Below are positions 27,175 to 36,476 of a stretch of DNA of 64,000 nucleotides, piece after piece. Positions within the stretch are counted from its first letter, which is position 1. The number at the start of each line of letters is the position of its first letter. The notes under the pieces are model-generated. The model worked only from the letters and a program-made list of their open reading frames with translations. It was not told the origin of the DNA and did no database searches. Source of the stretch: an uncultured bacterium (GTDB taxonomy: Bacteria; Patescibacteriota; Minisyncoccia; Phycocordibacterales; GWA1-40-21); contig CAWJAN010000004.1 in assembly GCA_963840885.1 (NCBI GenBank), forward strand, positions 47,984-111,983, written 5' to 3'. A program made the translations under genes and the position numbers.

Positions 27175-27792
27175 TTAGCTTAAGGGTTTTTCCACAAATA
27201 TGGCGAATTTTTTCCAGCCCAGCCTAAATTTGTCCATTTCTACAAAAAGCTCCTTGCCTTCCATCCCCTTCGGTTCAGGGTCATTGTAAAAAAAGCCGAT
27301 GAATTCTCCTTTATCATTTTTTTCATATCCGACTATGACAACCATATGATGGCTGTCTTTTTCCGTAAAAGACTTCCTTATTGAAGCTATTACGGGCAGA
27401 TTATCCTCGATATTCTTTTCTATCTTTTTTATTCCTTCGTTAAAAAGTTTTTCGCTGTTTATTGAATTTTCCATTGCGCCGGACTCTAAATTTACGTCGA
27501 CAGACCTGAACTCCTGAGAATAGGCGGAAATTCCATGATTGCGCAAAAGCATGACGAGAACTCCATGGCCCCAGCCAGTCGACGGAGAATATCCTTCATG
27601 AGCTTTTTCTTTTTTTGCCAAATCACCGGAAACAAAAATTCCTTCTTTTATAAATTCCGTTATATCACCTTCAATATTGAATGAATCGAGAATCTCTTTA
27701 AGGCAAACTATGGCGCAACTTCTTCCCTGCCAATCTTTTTCTATGGCTTCAGAAAATTGGGAATAATGCGGTATGTCCAGGATTCTCTTCAT
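27175..27792 (-). CDS. Peptidase C39-like (papain-fold) cysteine peptidase domain protein
   Basis: ..HYSQFSEAIEKDWQGRSCAIVCLKEIL.. supplies the Gln/Cys. ..SHHMVVIVGYEKND.. supplies the His. This is typical of Peptidase_C39_2-like proteins. The start is set at MKRIL, immediately after the pheT stop. Confidence 0.45.
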   Translation of the reverse strand: MKRILDIPHYSQFSEAIEKDWQGRSCAIVCLKEILDSFNIEGDITEFIKEGIFVSGDLAKKEKAHEGYSPSTGWGHGVLVMLLRNHGISAYSQEFRSVDVNLESGAMENSINSEKLFNEGIKKIEKNIEDNLPVIASIRKSFTEKDSHHMVVIVGYEKNDKGEFIGFFYNDPEPKGMEGKELFVEMDKFRLGWKKFAIFVEKPLS

Positions 27793-27793
27793 A

Positions 27794-30154
27794 TTATCTG
27801 ACTTGCCAGCCGGCATTGGCATTTAAATCTTTTGTAATTTTTTCCATGATTTGGTTAACCTCTTCATCGGAAAGAGTCTTTTCGTAAGATTGGAAAACTA
27901 TCCTATATGCATATGATGTCTTTTTTAATCCGTCTATATCTTTTGTGAACACATCGAAAAGCCTTGTTTTTACTGCCAGATCTGTCATATCTTTATTTAT
28001 GATAATAAAAACATCTTCCGGCTTCGTGCCATCCGGAGTGAATACTGCGACATCGCGTATTATGAACGGATATTGAGAAATCTTTTTGAATCTGAGCCCA
28101 GAATCGTCGCGTTTTTCCAAATCGTAACTTTTAGGCGCCGGAGCATCTTTTATGGATTCTTCCAAAACAAATTCCGATATATTTTCATCCTTGTTTATCT
28201 TATTAAGCTTCAGCCCCAGCTCGACGGAAAGCTTCTTCACCGCCTCATTCAGCACATCCTTTTCCTTAGGCTTCTTTACTCCTGTAGGATTTTTAACTCC
28301 CAAGGCAAAATTCTTGCTTTCTCCGGATTTGGTGAAAACGTGCCCAAATTCGAAAATCCTTATCTCCGGCATATCTATAAGCTCGGAATACCTGGAATTC
28401 AATTCCAGTGAATTTTTTATTCCATCAGCAAGATTCGTTCTCAAGAATTTCCTTTCCGGAGACATGGGATTTGCAAGCTCTATTTCACCCTTGTCCGTAA
28501 AAGTATAATTCATCGCTTCGGAAAATCCTTCCTTATACAAAATATCCCTGATTTTCTCCTTGTAGTAAAATTCTTTGTCTATGGCTGCCGGTTTTTCAGA
28601 TTTCGGTATTTTTATGTCTTTTATCTTTTCATATCCGTAAATCCTGCCTATTTCCTCGGCTAAATCTTCCTTTATCCTTAAATCGAGCCTCTCGGCTGGC
28701 GCTGTCACCACGAATCTTTCCTGGTTGTCTGACATTCTCCTATAACCTGTAATTTTCCTGAATCTTCCGCTTTCCGAAAGATTTTCTATTGCGACTCCAT
28801 TTTTTAATTTCGAAGAGTGTATGACTTTTCCGCCGCCTAGATATATTCCGCAGTGATCCACTCCTTCTTTTACTTCCTTACCGGGCAAGAATTCGACTGT
28901 CTTGAAATATATCGTTCCTTCACCAGTATTGGAAAAGACGATGTCTCCTGGCTTTATGTCTTTTTCATTTACTTCCTGTCCAAAAACATACTGGTCAATT
29001 GATATGCGCGGTATCTGAACTCCGGCCTGCGCGAAAACATAACCCACATATGAAGAGCAATCGAAGACCTTGGGCGCATCGTAAGAAATGCTGGCTCCTT
29101 TTTTATGCTCAGCGCCGACAAGTTCTTCGGCCAATTTCAAAACCTCGTCCACCGGCTTAACTTTCTTCCATTCAAATCCGAATCTGTCGAAAATATTTTC
29201 TATCTCTTTATCTTTTATTTCCACTCCGATTATATCGCTCGCCTCTTTTGAAGATATGCCGAGCTTATAGGGATTGGAACGCCTCGGATAATTATCAATT
29301 GTCTCGCTGACTTTCGTATCTTTTGTTCCGGCAATTTCGACTATGAGTTTTGTGAGAATTTCCATGGCCTCGCCGCAAAGCTCCGGCGTCAGGTCATTTT
29401 CATATCTCTTTGAAGCATCTGTTTTTATCTTTATCTTTTGAGCGGTTTTTCTTATGAGCGCAGGATTGAAATTTGCCGATTCAAGGACGATATTCTTGGT
29501 ATTCACGTCAAGCTCTGCGTAAGTGCCGCCTTTTATACCTGCAATGGCAAGAGGATTTTTGCCATCCGTAATAAGAAGAATGCTTTCATCTAGCTCTGCT
29601 TCCTTTTTATCGAGAGTCGTTATCTTTTCTCCAGGTTTTGAATTTTTCACCACAATTTCATCTGATCCTAATTTATCCGCATCAAATGCGTGCATGGGCT
29701 GTCCTATCTCAAGCATTACGAAATTTGTAGCATCGACGACATTATTTATCGATTTTTGGCCGAATATCTCGATTTTTTCCTTAAGCCACTTAGGAGACGG
29801 GCCTATGTTCACATTTTCTATTACTCTTTCCATATAGCGCCTGCATAATTTAGGATCATCGATTTTAACGGAAATATTCTTTGAAGTCTTCGATATCTTA
29901 AAATCCTTGAACTCCCTGGAATACATTTTCGGTTTCAATGAAAAAATCGTCCCTATTTCTCGCGCAATGCCCCTGTGGCACAGGCAGCTGTGATTGAGGT
30001 TCGGAGTCGTTTTCATGTCCATCAATACATCTGAATCTTTTTTCTCTACGCCTTCAACTTCGAAAGAATGCATGGTAATTCCTTCCGACAGCTTGTCGGG
30101 CTCTGGAAGTTTTTTATCGAAAAAATCTTTAAGCCAATTGTATGAAGCGATCAT
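27794..30154 (-). CDS. pheT: Phenylalanyl-tRNA synthetase beta subunit carrying an inserted NlpC/P60-like domain
   Basis: B1, B3/B4 (INNVVDATNFVMLEIGQPMHAFD), B5 (ERLDLRIKEDLAEEIGRIYGYEKI), B6/7 and C-terminal FDX-ACB domains are present. Residues ~332-480 between the two halves of B5 read ..DCSSYVGYVFAQAGVQIPRISIDQY..GDIVF..HCGIYLGGGKVIHSS, an NlpC/P60 Cys/His signature. Confidence 0.9.
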   Translation of the reverse strand: MIASYNWLKDFFDKKLPEPDKLSEGITMHSFEVEGVEKKDSDVLMDMKTTPNLNHSCLCHRGIAREIGTIFSLKPKMYSREFKDFKISKTSKNISVKIDDPKLCRRYMERVIENVNIGPSPKWLKEKIEIFGQKSINNVVDATNFVMLEIGQPMHAFDADKLGSDEIVVKNSKPGEKITTLDKKEAELDESILLITDGKNPLAIAGIKGGTYAELDVNTKNIVLESANFNPALIRKTAQKIKIKTDASKRYENDLTPELCGEAMEILTKLIVEIAGTKDTKVSETIDNYPRRSNPYKLGISSKEASDIIGVEIKDKEIENIFDRFGFEWKKVKPVDEVLKLAEELVGAEHKKGASISYDAPKVFDCSSYVGYVFAQAGVQIPRISIDQYVFGQEVNEKDIKPGDIVFSNTGEGTIYFKTVEFLPGKEVKEGVDHCGIYLGGGKVIHSSKLKNGVAIENLSESGRFRKITGYRRMSDNQERFVVTAPAERLDLRIKEDLAEEIGRIYGYEKIKDIKIPKSEKPAAIDKEFYYKEKIRDILYKEGFSEAMNYTFTDKGEIELANPMSPERKFLRTNLADGIKNSLELNSRYSELIDMPEIRIFEFGHVFTKSGESKNFALGVKNPTGVKKPKEKDVLNEAVKKLSVELGLKLNKINKDENISEFVLEESIKDAPAPKSYDLEKRDDSGLRFKKISQYPFIIRDVAVFTPDGTKPEDVFIIINKDMTDLAVKTRLFDVFTKDIDGLKKTSYAYRIVFQSYEKTLSDEEVNQIMEKITKDLNANAGWQVR

Positions 30155-30158
30155 CGGA

Positions 30159-30935
30159 TTAGAATTGATTGACGAGGCGGAGGTCGCCGGAATTGAATAA
30201 CCTGTTGTCGTCTATGCCATATTTGAGCATCGCAAGGCGGCCGATTCCCGGCCCGAAAGCTATGCCTTTCCATTCATTCGGATTTATTCCGACATTATTC
30301 AAAACTTTGGGATGGACGACTCCGGCTCCAAGAACCTCCACCCAGCCTGTTCCCTTGCACACCGGACATCCCGGCTCTCCTTTACATCTGAAGCAGGAAA
30401 TGTCCACTTCCACGGCCGGCTCTACGAACGGAAAATAGCTCGGCCTGAATTTTATATCAAGCTTCTTGCCGAAAAATTCATAGAAAAATCTGTTCAATAT
30501 CGATTTTAAAGTCGCAAGAGAAGCTTCTTTGTCCACCATAAGTATTTCAAATTGCTGGAAATCTGTCTCGTGAGTCGCGTCAGTTGCTTCCTGTCTGAAA
30601 ACTCTTCCGGGACATAGGATGCGAAATGGCGGCTTGTTATTTTCCATAAAATGAATCTGCACCGGGCTTGTATGCGTCCTCATAAGCTTTCTGCTTCCTG
30701 CATCTTCATTCTTATCCTGCTTTATCCAAAAAGTATCCTGCATATCGCGGGCCGGATGATCTTTAGGAACATTGAGAGCGTCGAAATTATAGTATTCTGT
30801 CTCAAGCTCCGGGCCGTCTATAAGAGTAAAGTCCATTGCGGAAAAAATCCTGACTATGTCTTCTATGACCCTTGTTATGGGGTTTATATGCACGGCCTTT
30901 TTGCCTGAATCGTTCATTACTGCAATTATAAGCAA
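30159..30935 (-). CDS. pheS: Phenylalanyl-tRNA synthetase alpha subunit, catalytic core only (short form)
   Basis: Class II motifs are present: FDALNVPKDHPARDMQDTFWI (motif 1), RTHTSPVQ, GRVFRQEATDATHETDFQQFE (motif 2), GAGVVHP..GIAFGPGIGRLAML (motif 3). The N-terminal coiled coil is missing. Confidence 0.85.
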   Translation of the reverse strand: MLIIAVMNDSGKKAVHINPITRVIEDIVRIFSAMDFTLIDGPELETEYYNFDALNVPKDHPARDMQDTFWIKQDKNEDAGSRKLMRTHTSPVQIHFMENNKPPFRILCPGRVFRQEATDATHETDFQQFEILMVDKEASLATLKSILNRFFYEFFGKKLDIKFRPSYFPFVEPAVEVDISCFRCKGEPGCPVCKGTGWVEVLGAGVVHPKVLNNVGINPNEWKGIAFGPGIGRLAMLKYGIDDNRLFNSGDLRLVNQF

Positions 30936-30987
30936 AAACGGCTTAAAATCAATAAAATTAAGAGCGTTAAAAAATTCGTGCTTGCTT

Positions 30988-31860
30988 TTATTCGAGCATG
31001 ACTTCGGCCAAATATTTGCCGTCTTTTATGTAAATGGAGCCGTCGATTATCCTGAAATCCGGTTTAATGCCATGATAAAGGAATTGCGCTGCTTTTTCAT
31101 TATTGGCTTCAGCCTGCACAGCAAACACATCGCCTCCCCAAGCCGCAAGCACCACATCGTTCCTGTCTGGAAAAAAATCCATTCTCGATGGATCGGAATT
31201 AAGGATATAAACTGGTAGGCTTTCTTTGCAGTCTGTCTGATCGCAAAAATAATTAGGCTCGGAATCTTCGCTGCCGAACCAGCTTATCGATATGTGCCCG
31301 TTGTCGCTCCATATGCCTAGATTGCCATTCATAACTGGAGAATTTTTCGTGCCAAGATTGCTTTCAAAATCAATGGCGGTGGATGAAGATATTTTCTTTT
31401 GTACAGCCTGCGTGCTGCTAGCAAAAGCCGCCGTCAAATCCAAATATTCCTGATTTTTCTGCTTGCTCGTAGTGGAAACATAAACCGGTATTTCCTGCAG
31501 TTCTGGTTTTACCGGAAGTATGAATACATCGGCTTCGGAAACCAAGTTTGCCGAAACTTTTATCGTTCCCGTCCAGGAATTGTATCCGTCTTTTTCTACA
31601 TCGACCTTATAGCTGCCAGGTCTTAAATTTTTTACCAGAACATTTCTTTGGAAAAAACTTGTTTCATCTTTTGGTTTGGAATTCAGGAATACTTCCGATC
31701 CCGACGGCATTCCGCTTACGTAAATTCCTCCTGTGGGAAGCAAATTCCATCCGTCTATGAAAATGTCTCCATTTGCATATAGAACCGCAAATGCCGACAA
31801 TATTATGAAAGCTGCAGCGAATGTCAGAAATTTTATTTTTTTTCTTATGAAAACAATCAT
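30988..31860 (-). CDS. Membrane-anchored PEGA-domain protein
   Basis: N-terminal TM (FLTFAAAFIILSAFAVLY). PEGA-like segment VSGMPSGSEVFLNSKPKD..NLRPGSYKVDVEKDGYNSWTGTIKV. The start overlaps the upstream GT2 stop in an ATGA arrangement. Confidence 0.5.
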   Translation of the reverse strand: MIVFIRKKIKFLTFAAAFIILSAFAVLYANGDIFIDGWNLLPTGGIYVSGMPSGSEVFLNSKPKDETSFFQRNVLVKNLRPGSYKVDVEKDGYNSWTGTIKVSANLVSEADVFILPVKPELQEIPVYVSTTSKQKNQEYLDLTAAFASSTQAVQKKISSSTAIDFESNLGTKNSPVMNGNLGIWSDNGHISISWFGSEDSEPNYFCDQTDCKESLPVYILNSDPSRMDFFPDRNDVVLAAWGGDVFAVQAEANNEKAAQFLYHGIKPDFRIIDGSIYIKDGKYLAEVMLE

Positions 31861-33395
31861 ATTTTTTTCCTGTATTTTGGCGTAACCCAAAAGCCCATGT
31901 ATTTGCCAAGCATCAAGCGCGTCTGAGCGTCTATGGCCGGCAATGCGCCAAATATTATAATAGTTATCGGCGTAATAATCCATTGAACGAACATCATGGT
32001 TTTTCTCCATCCGCTGTATCCTTCCGGGGCTCTCGGTATAAAGCTTGCGGCAATCGCGGCGCATAGGAAGAGGCCGAGCATGGACAAAGTCATCATTGTT
32101 CTCGTCAGCATCGGCAAATTATACGACAAAATGCTGTAATTGAATTCCCTTCCGCCCAAAAGAACGGGCAGCCACCCCAGGAAAAATAATATTATTGGAT
32201 TTGTTGACAGGGACCAATATCCTTCAAGCAAGGTAAAAACGAATTTTATCTTGGTATATATCGATATTTTTTTATTTTTCAGAAAACCGAAAAACAGGAA
32301 CGGGCCGTTTTCCACTCCCCATGCCCATCTTCTCTGCTGCTTGTATATATTTTTTGCCGTTTTCCAGAAAGAATCCGACAGATTTGCATCCATGGAAACT
32401 GGATATGAGATCGGAATTACGCGGTAATTTCCGTCATATGCCAGCAATGAGCTCCAGAAAATCCTGGAATCTTCGGAAACGATATTCCTCTGCCAGTATC
32501 CGACATCGTAAAGAGTCTTGAAGCATACGGAATGCGAAGAAAAGGTAGAGAGTATATCCGGACGCTCCTGCTGTATCATCTGCCAGAATGTCGCTGAAAA
32601 AGCCACCACTCTTGAAAGCGACGGCGCTTCCCAGATATTGTTATTGAAAATCGGAATAGGCTGGAATGAAGCATGCATTGGATCTTCCGCGGTCAGAAAA
32701 TTCCACGTAACGCATTCGAAATATTGCGGATACGGTACGGTATCTATGTCAAAAGCCGAAACTATAACATCTTCATATGAGATGTTATTTTTATCCAATA
32801 TCTCTTTCCTAGCTTCTTCGGCTGAATACGAAATATTTGATCCCTTGCCCGGAACATCGCCAGGAATTCCGCTTGGATGGATGACGCATAACAAATGGCC
32901 GAATCTGCCGTCAAATTCCGACTTGACCTTGTTTATTGTATCGAGACAATGTTTCTTATTTCTTTCTTCTCCGGACAAAACTACGATTATTTTCTTATTG
33001 TCATATTCGCAAGACAGAAGAGAGGTGAGGCTCTTTTCCACTATTTCGTAAGATTCGTTATAAAAAGGCAAGAGCACCATATGGTATATCCTGCCGTACT
33101 TAAGATTGGAAAGCTTTTCTTTCCAGTCTGCAGATATATTATGCTTTGTCTTTTTCCAGTTTTGCCTTAGGTATATGGAAAGATAAACGGTCTTTAAAAG
33201 CCAGTATACGTCAAAAACTATTATAAAAATAGCACTGTAAAATGGCTTGTAAAAAGATAAAACAAAAATGCCAATTATCGTAATCCAAGCCATAATACCA
33301 GGAAACATTTCAAAAAATCGGTATATTATCCTGTCTTTTCCGGAAAGACCGGACGCATTTCCAACTCTATAATATATGCTGTTTTTAAAATCCAT
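31857..33395 (-). CDS. Processive family-2 glycosyltransferase (cellulose/chitin-synthase-like, QxxRW motif), integral membrane
   Basis: N-terminal TM helices. The GT-A core contains LLPFYNES. The QQRRWAWG (QxxRW) motif precedes the C-terminal TM helices. Confidence 0.7.
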   Translation of the reverse strand: MDFKNSIYYRVGNASGLSGKDRIIYRFFEMFPGIMAWITIIGIFVLSFYKPFYSAIFIIVFDVYWLLKTVYLSIYLRQNWKKTKHNISADWKEKLSNLKYGRIYHMVLLPFYNESYEIVEKSLTSLLSCEYDNKKIIVVLSGEERNKKHCLDTINKVKSEFDGRFGHLLCVIHPSGIPGDVPGKGSNISYSAEEARKEILDKNNISYEDVIVSAFDIDTVPYPQYFECVTWNFLTAEDPMHASFQPIPIFNNNIWEAPSLSRVVAFSATFWQMIQQERPDILSTFSSHSVCFKTLYDVGYWQRNIVSEDSRIFWSSLLAYDGNYRVIPISYPVSMDANLSDSFWKTAKNIYKQQRRWAWGVENGPFLFFGFLKNKKISIYTKIKFVFTLLEGYWSLSTNPIILFFLGWLPVLLGGREFNYSILSYNLPMLTRTMMTLSMLGLFLCAAIAASFIPRAPEGYSGWRKTMMFVQWIITPITIIIFGALPAIDAQTRLMLGKYMGFWVTPKYRKKI

Positions 33396-33469
33396 GACGA
33401 TTATTCATACTAGAGCAAAAATGAAATTTTGTCATTCTATTTTGCGGCAGAATAAAACTGTTTTTACTG

Positions 33470-33542
33470 AGCCACCTCCCGGGCTTGAACCGGGGACCTA
33501 TTGTTTACAAAACAATTGCTCTACCAACTGAGCTAAGGTGGC
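33470..33542 (-). tRNA. tRNA-Thr (anticodon UGU)
   Basis: The reverse complement folds as a cloverleaf: acceptor GCCACCT/AGGTGGC, D-arm GCTC-AGTTGGTA-GAGC, anticodon stem ATTGT/ACAAT with loop TTTGTAA, and T-arm CCCGG-TTCAAGC-CCGGG. CCA is not encoded. Confidence 0.8.
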
Positions 33543-33590
33543 TTTAATCCGTCTTCAATCTTTAAGGTAATCTATCAAAAAATAGGAAAA

Positions 33591-33968
33591 TTACAAATTC
33601 TTTTTCTTGGAAGAAGAATTGTGTTCCGATATATTTTTTAGGAAAAAAGAAACAGAATGCTTATTTTCATGTCCGGCAGGCTCGGTTTTAAGAAGAAACT
33701 TAGGCTGTTTGCTGTCGAATCTCCTTTTAAGGATGATTGACTCTTTCTTGATAAAGCCTATTGACCTGACAACAAGCTTTTGTAAATTTTCAAAGTGTAT
33801 TTTTGAAGCCAATTCCTTTCCAGTGCCGGCAAGCCTGTGTATATGCTTTTCGTTTTTAGATACGATTTCAGCAATAGCTTCGTGCTTAAAAACTTTTATG
33901 CCGTAATGCTTGAATGAAAGCATCAGGATTATAAGTATTAAAGAAACGTAAAAGATTATTATTGACAT
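33591..33968 (-). CDS. Hypothetical membrane protein (125 aa)
   Basis: N-terminal TM helix. It overlaps the tsf stop by ~10 nt. Confidence 0.3.
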   Translation of the reverse strand: MSIIIFYVSLILIILMLSFKHYGIKVFKHEAIAEIVSKNEKHIHRLAGTGKELASKIHFENLQKLVVRSIGFIKKESIILKRRFDSKQPKFLLKTEPAGHENKHSVSFFLKNISEHNSSSKKKNL

Positions 33969-34564
33969 ATATTTGCCGGATTATTCGTAGCGAATCTGAC
34001 AAATCTTGTTATTTCTATTTTTTCTCCGAATTTCTGAACCGCATTGGTAATGAGGGTATTCACCGTCAGCGAAGGATCTTTTATGAAATCCTGATCGCTC
34101 AAGACCTGTTCCTTGAAATATGAATCGAGCTTCCCGGAAAGAATCTTTTCCCTTACTGCTTCAGGCTTATTTTTTACTTCCACTTCGAAAGCTTCCAAAA
34201 CCTTGTTTCTTTCTTCAAGATCAACATCTTCTTTTTTTATATATTTTGGATTGGTGGCAGCAATCTGCATTGCTATGTCATAAGCCATTTTTCCGAAATC
34301 TTCATGGTTTGATACGAAATCCGACTCGCTTGAAAGCTCGACAAGCACGCCCACGGTTCCTGCTCCGTGTATATAAGAAACTATTCTTGAAGCTTTGAGC
34401 ATCCTATCTGCCTTCTTTTCCGCAGCTTCCGCTCCTTTCTTCCTGAGCAGTATTACAGCTTTATCCATATCTCCTTTTGCATCTTCAAGAGCCTTTCTGC
34501 ATTGCATTACTGAAATGCCGGTTTTTTCCCTGAGTTCTTTGATTTGTTCTGTTGTGATTTCCAT
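33959..34564 (-). CDS. tsf: Elongation factor Ts (short form)
   Basis: The N-terminal UBA-like motif MEITTEQIKELREKTGISVMQCRKALEDAKGDMDKAVILLRKKG is characteristic of EF-Ts. Length 201 aa. Confidence 0.85.
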   Translation of the reverse strand: MEITTEQIKELREKTGISVMQCRKALEDAKGDMDKAVILLRKKGAEAAEKKADRMLKASRIVSYIHGAGTVGVLVELSSESDFVSNHEDFGKMAYDIAMQIAATNPKYIKKEDVDLEERNKVLEAFEVEVKNKPEAVREKILSGKLDSYFKEQVLSDQDFIKDPSLTVNTLITNAVQKFGEKIEITRFVRFATNNPANICQ

Positions 34565-34637
34565 TATTGTTTAATTAAAAAAATAAAAATACGCACCTTA
34601 TATTTTAAAGCCAAAGTGCGAAAAAGTAAAATTGGCT

Positions 34638-35348
34638 TTATTTGGCTGCAGATTTGCCTTCTTTATAGGCATTCGCTATCTCATTCACAAAAAATGAAAC
34701 GCTTGATGCCGATGCGTCGTTTCCGACAATAGGATAATCTACGTCTTTTATGTCGCAATCCGTATTGAGAAGAGCGACTACAGGGACATTCATTTTCTTA
34801 GCCTCGGCAACGGCGATGAATTCCTTTTTAGGATCGATTACGAAAATGGCCTTCGGAAGATCTTTCATGGCAATAATTCCATAAAACATTTCGTTGAGCT
34901 TTTCTATTTGCCTGTCAATCAAAAGCCTTTCTTTCTTGGTATATTTAGTAAGCTCGCCTTTTTCTTTCTGCTTTTCCAAATCTTCAAATTTGGCGATTCT
35001 TTTCTTTATTTCTACGGCATTGGTAAGAGTTCCGCCTATCCATCTTGATGCCACATACGGCATATCTACTGATTCTGCGGCAGGCTTTATGAAACTTTTG
35101 GCTTCATTTTTTCCTCCTACAAAAAGTATCTGTTTTCCTTCCTTTGCGAGCTTAGAGATGAATTCTTTGGCGATATCTAGCTGCTTTTTTGTTTCTTCCA
35201 GGTCTATTATGTCTATCTTGTTTTTGGTTCCATATATGAAAGGCGAAATAGATGCGTCCCTTCTTGATTTCTGATAACCGAAATGAGCGCCTGCTTCAAA
35301 CATCGCTCCTATTATATCTGTCTGTTTATTTTTGTTTTCTGCTGTCAT
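34638..35348 (-). CDS. rpsB: 30S ribosomal protein uS2
   Basis: ..AGAHFGYQKSRRDASISPFIYGTKNKIDIIDLEET... is typical uS2. It lies immediately upstream of tsf, the conserved rpsB-tsf operon. Confidence 0.9.
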   Translation of the reverse strand: MTAENKNKQTDIIGAMFEAGAHFGYQKSRRDASISPFIYGTKNKIDIIDLEETKKQLDIAKEFISKLAKEGKQILFVGGKNEAKSFIKPAAESVDMPYVASRWIGGTLTNAVEIKKRIAKFEDLEKQKEKGELTKYTKKERLLIDRQIEKLNEMFYGIIAMKDLPKAIFVIDPKKEFIAVAEAKKMNVPVVALLNTDCDIKDVDYPIVGNDASASSVSFFVNEIANAYKEGKSAAK

Positions 35349-35420
35349 AAGCTAAAAGAGTCTAGCAAAAATAGGCTTTGTTTGCAAGGAAAATAGCCCT
35401 ATGCAGGCAGCCTGCTTTAA

Positions 35421-36407
35421 TTATTCATCATCATTGTCGCTGTCCTGCGGTTTGCCTTCGGTCTTTACCAGATAATCCACTAGATCGCCGAGACCGTCTC
35501 CTGCCAAAATATTTTCAATATTATACCAGGAATGCTTCACCCTGTGGTCGGTAACCCTGTCCTGCAGGATATTGTAAGTCCTGATTTTTTCAGAACGGTC
35601 GGCCGTTCCTATCTGATCTTTTCTTTCTTTGGCGAATTTTTTGAATTCTTCCTCTTCTTTCATAAGATCAAGCTTCGACTGGAGTATGGACATCGCCCTC
35701 TCCTTGTTTTTCAGCTGGCTTCTTTCCGCCGTGGAACGGACATCTATTCCTGTAGGAATATGGATTATCCTTACAGCCGTTTCCACCTTATTAACGTTCT
35801 GTCCGCCGGCTCCGCCTGATCTTGAAAATTCGATTTTCAGGTCTGATGGCTTTATTTCAAATTTGCTCTTTTTCCTAATAGGCAAAATAGCGACTGATGC
35901 CGTGGAGGTATGGACTCTACCGGATTTTTCCGTCTCAGGAACTCTCTGGACCCTGTGGACTCCGGTTTCAAATCTCAAGAATTTATACGCTTCTTTTCCT
36001 TTTATCTCAAATGAAGCTTCCTTATATCCTCCAAGCGACGACTTTGACTCATCAATAGGCGAGAAAGACCAGCCCCGCAGATCGCAGAATCTCCTATACA
36101 TCTTGGCAAGATCCTCGGCAAATATCGCGGCTTCTTCTCCGCCGACTCCGGCACGTATTTCCATTACGACTTCATTCGGATATTTCTCTTCATCTTCCGC
36201 AACGGAAACAATATCTTTCATCTGTTTCATCAGCTCTTCTTTCTGCGAAGCCAGGCTTTTTATCTCTTCTTCAGCCAAAGTAAACATAGCTGGATCCTTT
36301 TCCGCCATTTTTTTTATAGACTCCTCCTCATTATCAAGCCTGCTGTATTCGTCGGCCAGAAAAGAAGTCTTCTTATTTTTTCTGAATTCTTCTAAAATTT
36401 CATTCAT
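35421..36407 (-). CDS. prfA: Peptide chain release factor 1
   Basis: GGQ motif (SGGAGGQNVNKVETAVRIIHIPTG). The stop-codon recognition tripeptide PET (PxT type: RVPETEKSGRVHTSTASVAILP) indicates RF1 rather than RF2 (SPF). Confidence 0.8.
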   Translation of the reverse strand: MNEILEEFRKNKKTSFLADEYSRLDNEEESIKKMAEKDPAMFTLAEEEIKSLASQKEELMKQMKDIVSVAEDEEKYPNEVVMEIRAGVGGEEAAIFAEDLAKMYRRFCDLRGWSFSPIDESKSSLGGYKEASFEIKGKEAYKFLRFETGVHRVQRVPETEKSGRVHTSTASVAILPIRKKSKFEIKPSDLKIEFSRSGGAGGQNVNKVETAVRIIHIPTGIDVRSTAERSQLKNKERAMSILQSKLDLMKEEEEFKKFAKERKDQIGTADRSEKIRTYNILQDRVTDHRVKHSWYNIENILAGDGLGDLVDYLVKTEGKPQDSDNDDE

Positions 36408-36476
36408 ATGCTTTTTATGCCGCTATAAATTAAAAAATCCGCACAAAAAAGTTTGGCGGATTTTATAGGAATTTTG

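Noticed and set aside
35629-36468. 279-aa plus-strand ORF antisense to prfA
   Set aside because: It is a Ser/Phe/Leu-rich low-complexity translation. It is typical antisense ORF noise opposite a conserved gene with GGQ and PxT motifs.
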